Below, one piece after another: positions 1-8,356 of a DNA stretch of 18,571 nucleotides. Source of the DNA: a bacterium (GTDB lineage: Bacteria; Hinthialibacterota; Hinthialibacteria; Hinthialibacterales; Hinthialibacteraceae). Made by a program: the position numbers and the translations under genes. The stretch is taken from contig JBHGBC010000120.1 in assembly GCA_041946805.1 (NCBI GenBank), forward strand, positions 1 to 18,571, given 5' to 3'. The notes under the pieces are model-generated. The model did not search any database and was not told the origin of the DNA. It saw nothing but the letters and a program-made list of their open reading frames with translations. Every line of letters starts with the position of its first letter. The stretch's first letter is position 1.

Positions 1-2
1 CC

Positions 3-365
3 ACCCCCGTCACCCTGCGCCGCTGGGGCAACCGGGATTATCTGACTCCGGATTTCGTCAAACAATTGAAATCCAGCGGCGTGCCGTTGCTGGCCGGCCT
101 CTACTCGTCCACGGAAGCGGGCGACGAAGCGGCGGTCCTGAAGGAATACAAACGGATCCTCCGCAATCTGCCCGTGGGGATTTCCCAAATCATCCTGCAC
201 CTCGGGGAAGAAAGCGAGGAACTGAAAGCCATGACCCCTTCCTGGCGGATCCAAACCTCCGACCTCGCCTTCGCCATGGATCCCGAAGTGAAATCAATCC
301 TCGAGGAAACGGGCGTGATTCGAATCCAATGGAAGGACATCCAAGGGGCTTGGTTGAATCAATAA
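3..365 (+). CDS. 3' part of a ChbG/YdjC/HpnK-family carbohydrate deacetylase-like protein (5'-truncated by the window edge)
   Basis: Frame is open from position 3 to TAA at 363-365. The C-terminal segment LRNLPVGISQIILHLG...SWRIQTSD...DPEVKSILEETGVIRIQWKDI resembles YdjC-family C-termini. Confidence 0.65.
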   Translation, partial: TPVTLRRWGNRDYLTPDFVKQLKSSGVPLLAGLYSSTEAGDEAAVLKEYKRILRNLPVGISQIILHLGEESEELKAMTPSWRIQTSDLAFAMDPEVKSILEETGVIRIQWKDIQGAWLNQ

Positions 366-379
366 CCGCCCCGCCATTT

Positions 380-883
380 TCACTGCGGCTCGATGGTATT
401 GATATCATTCGCGGTCGTGTATTTGATGTCACCCTCGCTGATCACGCCGTTGCTGGGATCGTATAAAACCGCCGCCATCTGCGTATGGATATCGGGACCC
501 CAACTGAACAGATACCAATATTTATAGGCGGAAGTGCATGTCCCGTATTTCAAGGGATACGAAACTTTGGTCTCTTCTTCCGGTTCGATATGGAACACGT
601 CGATGGGAATGGCGGAGATATAGGCCACCGGGGTGGTCAATTCCGTGAGCGGTTTGCGCGTCACGACAATGCAGGTGTTCTTGGGAGGTTGGCGGGGATA
701 CACGCCGTGATCGGCATAATAGGCCTCGATCGCCGTCCCCATGGCGCGCATGTCGATTTGCACGCGCGACACCAGGGCCCGGATCCGCGCGTTCAGGAAG
801 TTCGGCACGGCGATCGCGGCCAGAATCCCGATGATCCCAACGACGATCAACAACTCGATCAGCGTGAAGGCGGACCGGTTCAT
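380..883 (-). CDS. Prepilin-type N-terminal cleavage/methylation protein (GspG-like pseudopilin / type IV pilin)
   Basis: MNRSA|FTLIELLIVVGIIGILAAIAVPNF is a class III signal with Glu+5. It is followed by AIEAYYADHGVYP, LTTPVAYI...P.D.F and SWGPD, which are GspG-like. The start at 883 forms an ATGA overlap with the upstream stop at 880-882; the ORF track start at 898 is less likely. Confidence 0.92.
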   Translation of the reverse strand: MNRSAFTLIELLIVVGIIGILAAIAVPNFLNARIRALVSRVQIDMRAMGTAIEAYYADHGVYPRQPPKNTCIVVTRKPLTELTTPVAYISAIPIDVFHIEPEEETKVSYPLKYGTCTSAYKYWYLFSWGPDIHTQMAAVLYDPSNGVISEGDIKYTTANDINTIEPQ

Positions 884-1680
884 GGGTGGATGCTCCATTC
901 GAGAACCGGGACGGATTGGTTGAAAACGCCCACGGCTCCCAGGATTTCCTTGGTTTGCGTGTCTTGCAGAAACACGGCCGGGTGGAGGTTCGCGGGGATC
1001 TGATGCGGAATCGGGCCCGGATACGCGGCCTGGACTTCGAGGGAACCGGGCGCGGCCAGGTTCACCGTCTCCGTCCCCAGATGGGCGCGGACCACGGAGT
1101 TGTACAGCAACTTGCCGTTGAGGGCTTGAATGGGAGGGACCTCCACCTCGTCTTCGGTGATCAGGAAGATCACCTGGATGCCGTGGGGATATCCCACGGG
1201 GTTCTGGATCGTCAATATCAAGCGGGGTTCGTCCGGGCCGGTGTGCCCCTCCAAATACAACGCAAGGGGCGGCGTGTCCGCGAGCCGGGCCCGCTCTTCC
1301 TCGATCAGGTCCTGGATCTTTTGCTCCAGGGCCGCGATGCCCGTTTCTCCATCCTCCAGGCGGGAACCGCCGGTGAATGTTTGGAGGCCATCGGCCACGA
1401 CAGTCGGAAATCCCGTGACCTCATAGAAGTCCACCCGCGTCTCCCCGAACCGCACGCTGTACGGGTCCTCGTAATGATAGCCCGCCACGAGGACCTCTTC
1501 CCGCGAATACTCCTCATGGATCCGGTCCAACGCCATCCCCACGCCGAAACAATAGATACACCACGTCCCGGTGAATTCCTCGATCACGATGGGACGTTCC
1601 GCCGCCCCGCCCGGCCCGCTCAGGCAAAGGCTCATCCAGCCTGCGATAAAAACGGCGCGCAACGTTGGGATTCGTTTCAT
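880..1680 (-). CDS. Secreted thioredoxin-fold CxxC protein, Omp28-like
   Basis: Signal peptide MKRIPTLR...GGAA. Motifs IEEFTGTWCIYC, GYH, FYEVTGFPTVVADG (cis-Pro loop), LITEDEV and YNSVVR match the Omp28-related architecture. Confidence 0.85.
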   Translation of the reverse strand: MKRIPTLRAVFIAGWMSLCLSGPGGAAERPIVIEEFTGTWCIYCFGVGMALDRIHEEYSREEVLVAGYHYEDPYSVRFGETRVDFYEVTGFPTVVADGLQTFTGGSRLEDGETGIAALEQKIQDLIEEERARLADTPPLALYLEGHTGPDEPRLILTIQNPVGYPHGIQVIFLITEDEVEVPPIQALNGKLLYNSVVRAHLGTETVNLAAPGSLEVQAAYPGPIPHQIPANLHPAVFLQDTQTKEILGAVGVFNQSVPVLEWSIHP

Positions 1681-1738
1681 GTGGGTGACGGTCAGCTCCT
1701 TCGCGAGGTTAGGCGTGCGGCGCGCCCATTCAAATCGT

Positions 1739-1771
1739 CCCTCACCCTGGCCCTCTCCCAGAGGGAGAGGG
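1739..1771 (+). repeat. BoxC-like/REP palindromic repeat, copy 1
   Basis: CCCTCACCCTGGCCCTCTCCCAGAGGGAGAGGG, with internal hairpin CCCTCTCCC/GGGAGAGGG. Confidence 0.9.
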
Positions 1772-1804
1772 GATTATTTCCTTTGGTCGCAGCCATCCCC
1801 GGAT

Positions 1805-1838
1805 TGCAGGGTAGGCTCAAAGCATAACGTAGCCTACC
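1805..1838 (+). repeat. REP-like hairpin (GCAG-GGT[AG]GGCT family), copy 1
   Basis: TGCAGGGTAGGCTCAAAGCATAACGTAGCCTACC; stem GGTAGGCT/AGCCTACC. A related copy lies at 16567-16600. Confidence 0.8.
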
Positions 1839-1886
1839 CCATCGAGACTCCTCAACTGTCTAATACCCGCAGAGGATTCCACTTGG

Positions 1887-1910
1887 GTAGCCGTAGGTTT
1901 TAACCTACAG
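1887..1910 (+). repeat. Short GTAG-headed REP-like palindrome
   Basis: GTAGCCGTAGGTTTTAACCTACAG: GTAG head followed by a GTAGGTT/AACCTAC stem. Confidence 0.5.
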
Positions 1911-1949
1911 CAAACCTATCGCCGTGCGGAACGCATCGATCTTCCTTCT

Positions 1950-1982
1950 CCCTCTCCCTCTGGGAGAGGGCCGGGGTGAGGG
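1950..1982 (-). repeat. BoxC-like/REP palindromic repeat, copy 2 (inverted partner of copy 1)
   Basis: Reverse complement CCCTCACCCCGGCCCTCTCCCAGAGGGAGAGGG has 1 mismatch to 1739-1771. Confidence 0.9.
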
Positions 1983-2071
1983 ATGGGAGAACCATGCTCC
2001 CGCCAAGCGGCACAGGCACGCTGATTTTCCACCGCCGTCCCCCCCATTCCTGCTGTAATGCACTTCCCATA

Positions 2072-5000
2072 TCACCTCTCAATCATCATCCAGTAAGGCA
2101 CCTCCACCGGCCGCTCCGGTTCGATCGTCACGGGCCAGCCGGAATTCTCCGGTCCGCCGTATGCGCCCATGTCGCAACGCGTGGTCCCCAAGCCCGGCGG
2201 CAGGGCGGCGTCATTGAATGCCGCCGAGGGATCGCCGGCATCGACGCACGGCGAATCCGCGCGCAGATGGACATCCGCCTCTTTCCCATTCCAGGATTTG
2301 ATGAACAGAGGATCGGTTTTAATATTGCCATTTCCTAAAAATCCTCCCTGGACATCGGAATAGGTAATCCTGCCTTTCCCATTGAATTCCACCGGCCGGT
2401 TGTCCCACAGGATCGAGTTGGTTACCGTGAAGCGGGACCCATCATCGGAAAAAAGTCCTCCCGCGTAATATTGGGACTCTTTCCAATCCGTGCCGCCTTG
2501 GTTCCCCGTGATCGTACAGTTTTTCAAATTGGCATTCGAATTGTTGTAAGCGTAGATCCCCCCGCCGTCGTTCCGGGCCTGGTTGCCCATGATTATACAA
2601 TTGGTCAATCCAGGCCGCGAATTATTGAGAATCATCCCCCCGCCCGCGCTGCCGGCGTTACCGGAAATGAGGCAATGATTGAATTCGGGACTCGCTTGAC
2701 TTTGACAATACGCGCCGCCGCCGCCTTCGCCGGTGGCGGTATTGCCGGTGATCGTACAGCGCTCGAACGTGGGCGAAGACTCGGAACAAAGAATCCCGCC
2801 GCCGTTGGAAGCCGCGTTCCCCTGGATGACGCAATCGGTCAGCACGGGTATCGACGCGCTCTCGCACAGCAGGCCGCCGGCGTTGGCCCCGGTATTGCGC
2901 GCGATCTCGCACCACTCCAACCGGGGTTGGGAATTTTCTTGGCAAATCACTCCTCCGCCGGTATTGGCGATGATCCGGCAGTCGATCAGTTGGGGGCGGG
3001 AACCTTCGCGCGCGCAATACACGCCGCATCCCCCGTTTTGCCGGATCACGCAATGGCTCAACACCGGCGAGGTGGCGTAACAGTCCACGCCCCGCTCCGT
3101 TCCTCCGGTGACCGAAAAACCATCCAGGACCGCCTGGTTGGCGCCCCGCACCGTGGCGGTCTCTCCCCGGCCGGCGCGGAGAGTCGTGACATGCGCCGTC
3201 CAGTTCCGTTCCTCGCGGATCTGTTCGCCGCCCGTGAATCCGCCGTAGAGCGCCAGGCCTTCCACGAGCCAAATGCTTTCCCGGTACGTCCCCGCGGCCA
3301 CCCAGACCTCGTCACTGGCGCTGCCGATCCGCAGGGCGGCGGTGATGGCATTGAACGCGCCGGCCCATGAAGAGCCGTCGCCTCCGTCCGGAGCGCCCGG
3401 CCGCACATACAAGACTCTGGGCGGCGGTGGCGGGGACGGTCTGAACGCGGCCGGCGCTTCATACGCGCCCATGTCCACCCGGCCGGCCTGGGCCGTCCGG
3501 CTGTTCCCCTCCAGATCATCCGCCGGGGCCAACAGGGACGTGGCGGTATCGAGGCATGGAGACCCGTCGCGCAGATGAAAATCCCCCTGGGCGTAATCCA
3601 CGAATCGGGGATACGCCGCAATGTTCTCCTCGCCCGGCCATCCGCCCTGCAGGCAACTGAAATTGACCGATCCCTTGTAATGGGAGGATAGACTCAAGAT
3701 TTCCGGACCCCGGTTCCACAGGATGCAGTTCACCAGCGTGGGAACGTTTTCGGAATTCTCCAGGATCAGACCTCTTTCATTGCCAGCCAAGGTGCAATTG
3801 ATCAGCCGCGGCCGGGATTGATTGAACGCGGACACCGCCGCGTCCGTGTGTTGGGTGATCTCGCAATTGATCAATAACGGTTTGGACAGATGACAATAAA
3901 TCCCGCCGGCGGGATTCCCGTGAATCCAGCATTTGGACAGGGTGGGCGCGGCTTGCTGGCAGTAGAGTCCATACCCCGCGGGATTCGTGATCACGCACCG
4001 GCTCAACGACGGGGACGTTTGCAGGCAAAACACACCATTTTCGTTGCCGCCCGTCACGGTAAAGCCATCGAGCAGCGACTGGCTGGCTCCGATCACCGCC
4101 GCGCCATGGATCCCCCCGGCATCGATGACAGTATCCTCCGCCGGATTGATCAAGCCGGCGCGGGTGGTTTCGGTTCCGCGAAAGCCTCCGAACACGGAAA
4201 CGGAAGGCTCCAGCCAAACGCATTCGTGGTACGTTCCCGCCGCTACCCAGATCTCCACCGGCGCGTCCACCTGGCGCAACGCCGCCCTGATCGACGCGAA
4301 CGCCGTCTTCCACGATAAACCATCCCCCCCGGCCGCCGCGCTGGCCCGCACATAATACACGGGCGGCGTGGCCGGGCCGCCCGGCTGGAACTCCGGCGGC
4401 GATTCGTACGCCCCCATGTCGGCCAGGCCGTCCTCCCCCGGCCGGATCCGGGACTCCGCGTCCACGTCCACCGGCGGTTTAGTGGCGGTGGTGGCCGCAT
4501 CGATGCACGGGGAGGCGTTCCGCAGGTGATAATCCCCCTGGGTAGGATCCGCGAATCGGGGATAGGCAGTCAGGTTACCAATCCCCGGCCATCCGCCCTG
4601 GACGCTACTGTGCGTCACGATGAACTGCCGCTCCCAACTCAGGCCGGTCTCTTTCCGGAATTCAGGCCCGGGATTCCAGACGATACAATTTTTCAATGTC
4701 ACAACGCGGGAATCGCGTCCGTAAACGGCCGCGCCCGCGGGATCCGGGGTGTTGTCCGTGATCGTGCAGTGGATGAAATTCGGACGCGATGGATCGTCGT
4801 CAATAAACGCCGCTCCGCCCCATCTTCCAGTATTCCGGGCCATGACGCAGTTGATCAACATCGGCGAGGACTGGTTCACGCAGGAAAGGGCGCCTGCGTT
4901 CAATCCCCGGTTTTCCAAAATCAGGCAGGCTTCCAGGCGGGGAGAGGACAACTCGAGGCAAGTCACGCCGCCGGCGGACCCTTCCCCGATGGCGGTGTTT

Positions 5001-6499
5001 CCGCTGATCACGCATCCGGTCAACCTAGGCGAGCCCCGTTCACAATAGAGGCCGCCGTGGTCCGTCTCCCGGTTTCCGGTAATCACGCAATCAGCCAGCG
5101 TGGGACTCGCGTCGCTGCAGACCACTCCACTGAACGAGCCGCCCGTGATGGTGAATCCATCCAGCCGGGCGTTGTTCGCTCCCAACACGGCGGCCCCGCC
5201 GATGCCCGTGGCGTCGACGATCGTGGCGTGGGCCGTCCCGTCCCGCTGGTCAAGGGCGGTCTCATGCCCCGCGAAACCGCCATATATCGACACCCCCTCC
5301 TCCATCTGCACGCTTTCCTTGTATGTCCCTTCCGCCACCCAGATTTCCTTGGGGCCCAGCCACAAGGCGTATCCGATCGAACCCAACGCCTTTTCCCACG
5401 ATGTGCCATCACCTCCCGGAGGCGCGCCGGCGCGGACATAGACCACGGGTGGAGGCACATAGGCCCCGGGGAGGAGTTCGGGCGCGCTTTCATGGGCCCC
5501 CATGTCCACCAGACCGTCCTCGCCGGGCCGGATCCGGCCTTCCACGTCCTCCACCGTTTCCGCGGTCAACGTGGCGGAATCGATGCACGGCGAACCGGCG
5601 GCCAGGTGATAGTTCCCGCTGACGGGGTCTTGAAACAACGGATAATCCCGCAGATTCCCCTCACCCGGCCATCCCCCCTGCACGCAGCTGTAGGAAACCT
5701 TGAAATAGGAATTCCGTAAATCAGGGGCTTCCCGCGCCAATTCCGGCCCGGGATTCCACAGAACGCTGTTCAAGACCGTAACGCGGCTTCTCGATTCACA
5801 GTAAATGGCGGCGCGGTTGTATTTCTGGGACTGGTTGCCAACCAGCGTGCAATGGATAAGTGTGACCGTGGAATCCGCAAATCCGGCCAATCCCGATCCC
5901 TTCAATTCCGCCACGTTGCCTTGGATCATGCAATTCACGAAGGCGGGCTTCGACACCTGGAAATACATCGCCCCGCCATTGCCTCCTAGGATCAAGCCGC
6001 AATCCGATTGGATCACCCGGGCCTGGTTCTTGGCGATGGTGCAGCGGGTCAAAAGCGGCGTAGATTCCGAGCAGTAGATTCCGCCCCCCTCCGCACCGGA
6101 ATTTTCATAGAATTGACATTGCCTCAATTTCGGCTCGGAAAGCGAGAGAGACATGCCGCCGCCGTTTCCTTCGACGGCTGCGTTGCGGGCGATCGTGCAG
6201 CCGGTCATCTCCATCAACGAATAGGTGACATATAGGCCGCCTCCTTCCAGCGCTGTGTTTTCCAGGATTTGACAATCAATCAACTGGGGAGATGAATTTT
6301 CGACATACAAACCGCCGCCGTTCAATTCCGGCGCCTGGTTTTGGCTGATGACGCACTGCAGCAGCCGCGGAGACGAATCCCCCACGCACGCGATCCCGTG
6401 CTCCCGGTTTCCCGTCACCCGGCAGCGGGTCAACACCGGGGACGCGTGATGGATGTATATACCTCCCGAGGGCCGCCCTGGCCCCGGCGCGGGCGGGCC
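2072..6499 (-). CDS. C-terminal part (rest of module 2 and modules 3-5) of a giant right-handed beta-helix repeat exoprotein (DUF1565-like starts, choice-of-anchor Q-like ends)
   Basis: Frame is open from 6499 to TGA at 2072. Repeats of type SPxLxxCxIxGN..GGG. Module starts YV...GGDGxSW..A...I...EIWVAxGTYxE...YGGFAG; module ends PxFxD...GD(F/Y)HL...SPCID...DMGAYE. It has no signal peptide of its own and is in frame with 6500-8206. Confidence 0.88.
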   Translation of the reverse strand, partial: GPPAPGPGRPSGGIYIHHASPVLTRCRVTGNREHGIACVGDSSPRLLQCVISQNQAPELNGGGLYVENSSPQLIDCQILENTALEGGGLYVTYSLMEMTGCTIARNAAVEGNGGGMSLSLSEPKLRQCQFYENSGAEGGGIYCSESTPLLTRCTIAKNQARVIQSDCGLILGGNGGAMYFQVSKPAFVNCMIQGNVAELKGSGLAGFADSTVTLIHCTLVGNQSQKYNRAAIYCESRSRVTVLNSVLWNPGPELAREAPDLRNSYFKVSYSCVQGGWPGEGNLRDYPLFQDPVSGNYHLAAGSPCIDSATLTAETVEDVEGRIRPGEDGLVDMGAHESAPELLPGAYVPPPVVYVRAGAPPGGDGTSWEKALGSIGYALWLGPKEIWVAEGTYKESVQMEEGVSIYGGFAGHETALDQRDGTAHATIVDATGIGGAAVLGANNARLDGFTITGGSFSGVVCSDASPTLADCVITGNRETDHGGLYCERGSPRLTGCVISGNTAIGEGSAGGVTCLELSSPRLEACLILENRGLNAGALSCVNQSSPMLINCVMARNTGRWGGAAFIDDDPSRPNFIHCTITDNTPDPAGAAVYGRDSRVVTLKNCIVWNPGPEFRKETGLSWERQFIVTHSSVQGGWPGIGNLTAYPRFADPTQGDYHLRNASPCIDAATTATKPPVDVDAESRIRPGEDGLADMGAYESPPEFQPGGPATPPVYYVRASAAAGGDGLSWKTAFASIRAALRQVDAPVEIWVAAGTYHECVWLEPSVSVFGGFRGTETTRAGLINPAEDTVIDAGGIHGAAVIGASQSLLDGFTVTGGNENGVFCLQTSPSLSRCVITNPAGYGLYCQQAAPTLSKCWIHGNPAGGIYCHLSKPLLINCEITQHTDAAVSAFNQSRPRLINCTLAGNERGLILENSENVPTLVNCILWNRGPEILSLSSHYKGSVNFSCLQGGWPGEENIAAYPRFVDYAQGDFHLRDGSPCLDTATSLLAPADDLEGNSRTAQAGRVDMGAYEAPAAFRPSPPPPPRVLYVRPGAPDGGDGSSWAGAFNAITAALRIGSASDEVWVAAGTYRESIWLVEGLALYGGFTGGEQIREERNWTAHVTTLRAGRGETATVRGANQAVLDGFSVTGGTERGVDCYATSPVLSHCVIRQNGGCGVYCAREGSRPQLIDCRIIANTGGGVICQENSQPRLEWCEIARNTGANAGGLLCESASIPVLTDCVIQGNAASNGGGILCSESSPTFERCTITGNTATGEGGGGAYCQSQASPEFNHCLISGNAGSAGGGMILNNSRPGLTNCIIMGNQARNDGGGIYAYNNSNANLKNCTITGNQGGTDWKESQYYAGGLFSDDGSRFTVTNSILWDNRPVEFNGKGRITYSDVQGGFLGNGNIKTDPLFIKSWNGKEADVHLRADSPCVDAGDPSAAFNDAALPPGLGTTRCDMGAYGGPENSGWPVTIEPERPVEVPYWMMIER

Positions 6500-8206
6500 T
6501 CAACCCGCCGGCCCGCACCATCCCTCCACATACGTCGAGTTGCCCGTGATCACGCAATCAGTCAGGGAGAGGAAGGTCCCATCGCAATACACACCGCACG
6601 CCTCGCCGCCGGTCACCGTGAAACTGTCCAACAACGCTCCGCCGGCCCCCGTCACGGAGGCCATCGTGTGCAGGCCGGTCGCGTCGATGATGGTTTCGTT
6701 CGCGCTCCGGTTCCGTGACTCCCGCGACGTCTCCAAGCCGGCGAAACCGCCGTACAAGGCCACATTGGGCTCCAGCCAGATACTTTCCCGGTAGGTTCCC
6801 CCTGCCACCCAGATCTCATCGCTGGCGTTCGTCACAAACAAGGCCATCCCGATGGTGTCCATCGCCTGGTCCCATGACGATCCATCCCCCCCGGGATCGG
6901 CCGTGGACCGTACATACAGCGTCCTCGGAGCGGGAACCGTGACGGGCCGGTACTCCGGCGGGGATTCGTAAGCCCCCATGTCCACCCATCCGTCCTCCCC
7001 GGGCCGCGGCCGCCCGTCCAAATCCACCATCGCCCGCGCCTCCGGGGAAGCCGAATCGATGCAGGGCGAACCGTTGAGCAGCCGGAAATCGCCGTTCGGA
7101 GGATCTTTGAATTGGGGGTAATAGCCGATGTTCCCCCGCCCCGGCCATCCGCCCTGGACGCAGCTGAAAAGGATGAGATCGTTTTCGTAACGATGCAGCG
7201 AATCCCCGGTGATTTCGGTTCCCGGATTCCACACGATGCAGTTTTTCAGCGTCAGGCGGGATTTGATGGTGGCGAAGAATCCTCCCATGGTGTTCCCGGC
7301 GATCGTGCAGTGGATCAACGTGGGATAGGAATCCGCCGCGTACACTCCCCCCGTGTCCCGCGCGCGGTTGCCGACAATCGCGCAATTCTCCAACTTCGGC
7401 AACGCGCCCAGGCCGCAAAAGACGCCTCCGCCCGAGACCCCCGCGATGTTCCCGGCGATCATACACTGCGTGATCTGGGGAGACGCCACGGAAGTGACAT
7501 ACATCCCGCCTCCCGCTTCCCCGGCCGTGTTGCCGGTTATGACGCAGGAGATCAGGGCGGGCGTGGACCGGCTCTCGCAAACCACGCCGCCCCCCGATGA
7601 TTTCGTCCGGTTGTCCCGGATGACGCAAAGGATCAATGTGGGAGCGCTCCGGTTGGCGCACATCACGCCCCGGCCGTTGTTGGAGATTTCACAATCGGTC
7701 ACGGACGGTTTACAGGAATCCGATATAAAGAGTCCATATTCACGGTTCCCAGTGATGAGGCAGTGCGCCATCTGGAAGGTGGCCATTTTACACCACACGC
7801 CCCGGTTGGATCCGCCGGTGACGGTGAATCCATCGAGAACGGTGTCCTCCGCCGTGACCACGGTGCTGTTGGCGAGGCCGCCTCCGTCGAGGATCGTTTC
7901 GTTCCCCTTCCAGTTCCGCTGTTCCCGGAGGGATTCCGTCCCCGCGAAGCCGCCGTACAGCGCGGTCCCGGATTTCATCAGCACTGCTTCCGGATATCTT
8001 CCCCTGGCCACCCAAATTTCATCGTTGATCCCGGCCGCTACCACGGCGGGCGCGATCCGGGTGAACGCGTTGGCCCAATCCGCTCCATTCGCGTTGCCGG
8101 CTGCTTGCGTGTTGACATAAATGATTTTGCTCCAGGCTGGGCAATCCGTTCCAGCCAGGAAACAGGCCATCAGTGCCACGATGATTGGTAAGTGTGTTTT
8201 TTTCAT
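6500..8206 (-). CDS. N-terminal part (module 1 and start of module 2) of the same beta-helix exoprotein, ending at an in-frame TGA
   Basis: ATG at 8206 gives signal peptide MKKTHLPIIVALMACFLAG.... Same module motifs as the downstream ORF. It stops mid-helix at TGA 6500-6502, and the same frame resumes GPPAPGPGRPSGGIYIHHASPVLTRC. Confidence 0.88.
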   Translation of the reverse strand: MKKTHLPIIVALMACFLAGTDCPAWSKIIYVNTQAAGNANGADWANAFTRIAPAVVAAGINDEIWVARGRYPEAVLMKSGTALYGGFAGTESLREQRNWKGNETILDGGGLANSTVVTAEDTVLDGFTVTGGSNRGVWCKMATFQMAHCLITGNREYGLFISDSCKPSVTDCEISNNGRGVMCANRSAPTLILCVIRDNRTKSSGGGVVCESRSTPALISCVITGNTAGEAGGGMYVTSVASPQITQCMIAGNIAGVSGGGVFCGLGALPKLENCAIVGNRARDTGGVYAADSYPTLIHCTIAGNTMGGFFATIKSRLTLKNCIVWNPGTEITGDSLHRYENDLILFSCVQGGWPGRGNIGYYPQFKDPPNGDFRLLNGSPCIDSASPEARAMVDLDGRPRPGEDGWVDMGAYESPPEYRPVTVPAPRTLYVRSTADPGGDGSSWDQAMDTIGMALFVTNASDEIWVAGGTYRESIWLEPNVALYGGFAGLETSRESRNRSANETIIDATGLHTMASVTGAGGALLDSFTVTGGEACGVYCDGTFLSLTDCVITGNSTYVEGWCGPAG

Positions 8207-8239
8207 GGTAACCAATCAATTCGATCCCTGTTGGATTTT

Positions 8240-8272
8240 CCCTCACCCTGATCCTCTCCCAGGGGGAGAGGG
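8240..8272 (+). repeat. BoxC-like/REP palindromic repeat, copy 3
   Basis: CCCTCACCCTGATCCTCTCCCAGGGGGAGAGGG. Confidence 0.85.
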
Positions 8273-8312
8273 AAAGCATCATAGTAAGGTGAAATGATGG
8301 GTAACACGCTCC

Positions 8313-8347
8313 GGATGGGTTTCGCGCTACGCGCTAACCCATCCCAC
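8313..8347 (-). repeat. REP-like hairpin (GGATGGGTT...AACCCATC family)
   Basis: Minus strand GTGGGATGGGTTAGCGCGTAGCGCGAAACCCATCC; 9-bp stem GGATGGGTT/AACCCATCC. Related copies at 16520-16550 and 18494-18527. Confidence 0.75.
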
Positions 8348-8356
8348 AGTCTCAAA

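Noticed and set aside
330..365. Terminal Trp in the deacetylase (IQGAWLNQ) and LarA (MYSWQTKGVAV) as further VxxW tails
   Set aside because: They lack the V-x-x-W-x-hydrophobic pattern. The deacetylase N-terminus is outside the window, and LarA is cytoplasmic.
6437..6499. Frameshift or true intergenic gap between the two beta-helix ORFs
   Set aside because: The 63 nt are in frame, stop-free and encode a normal coil start (SGGIYIHHASP); the break is one TGA.
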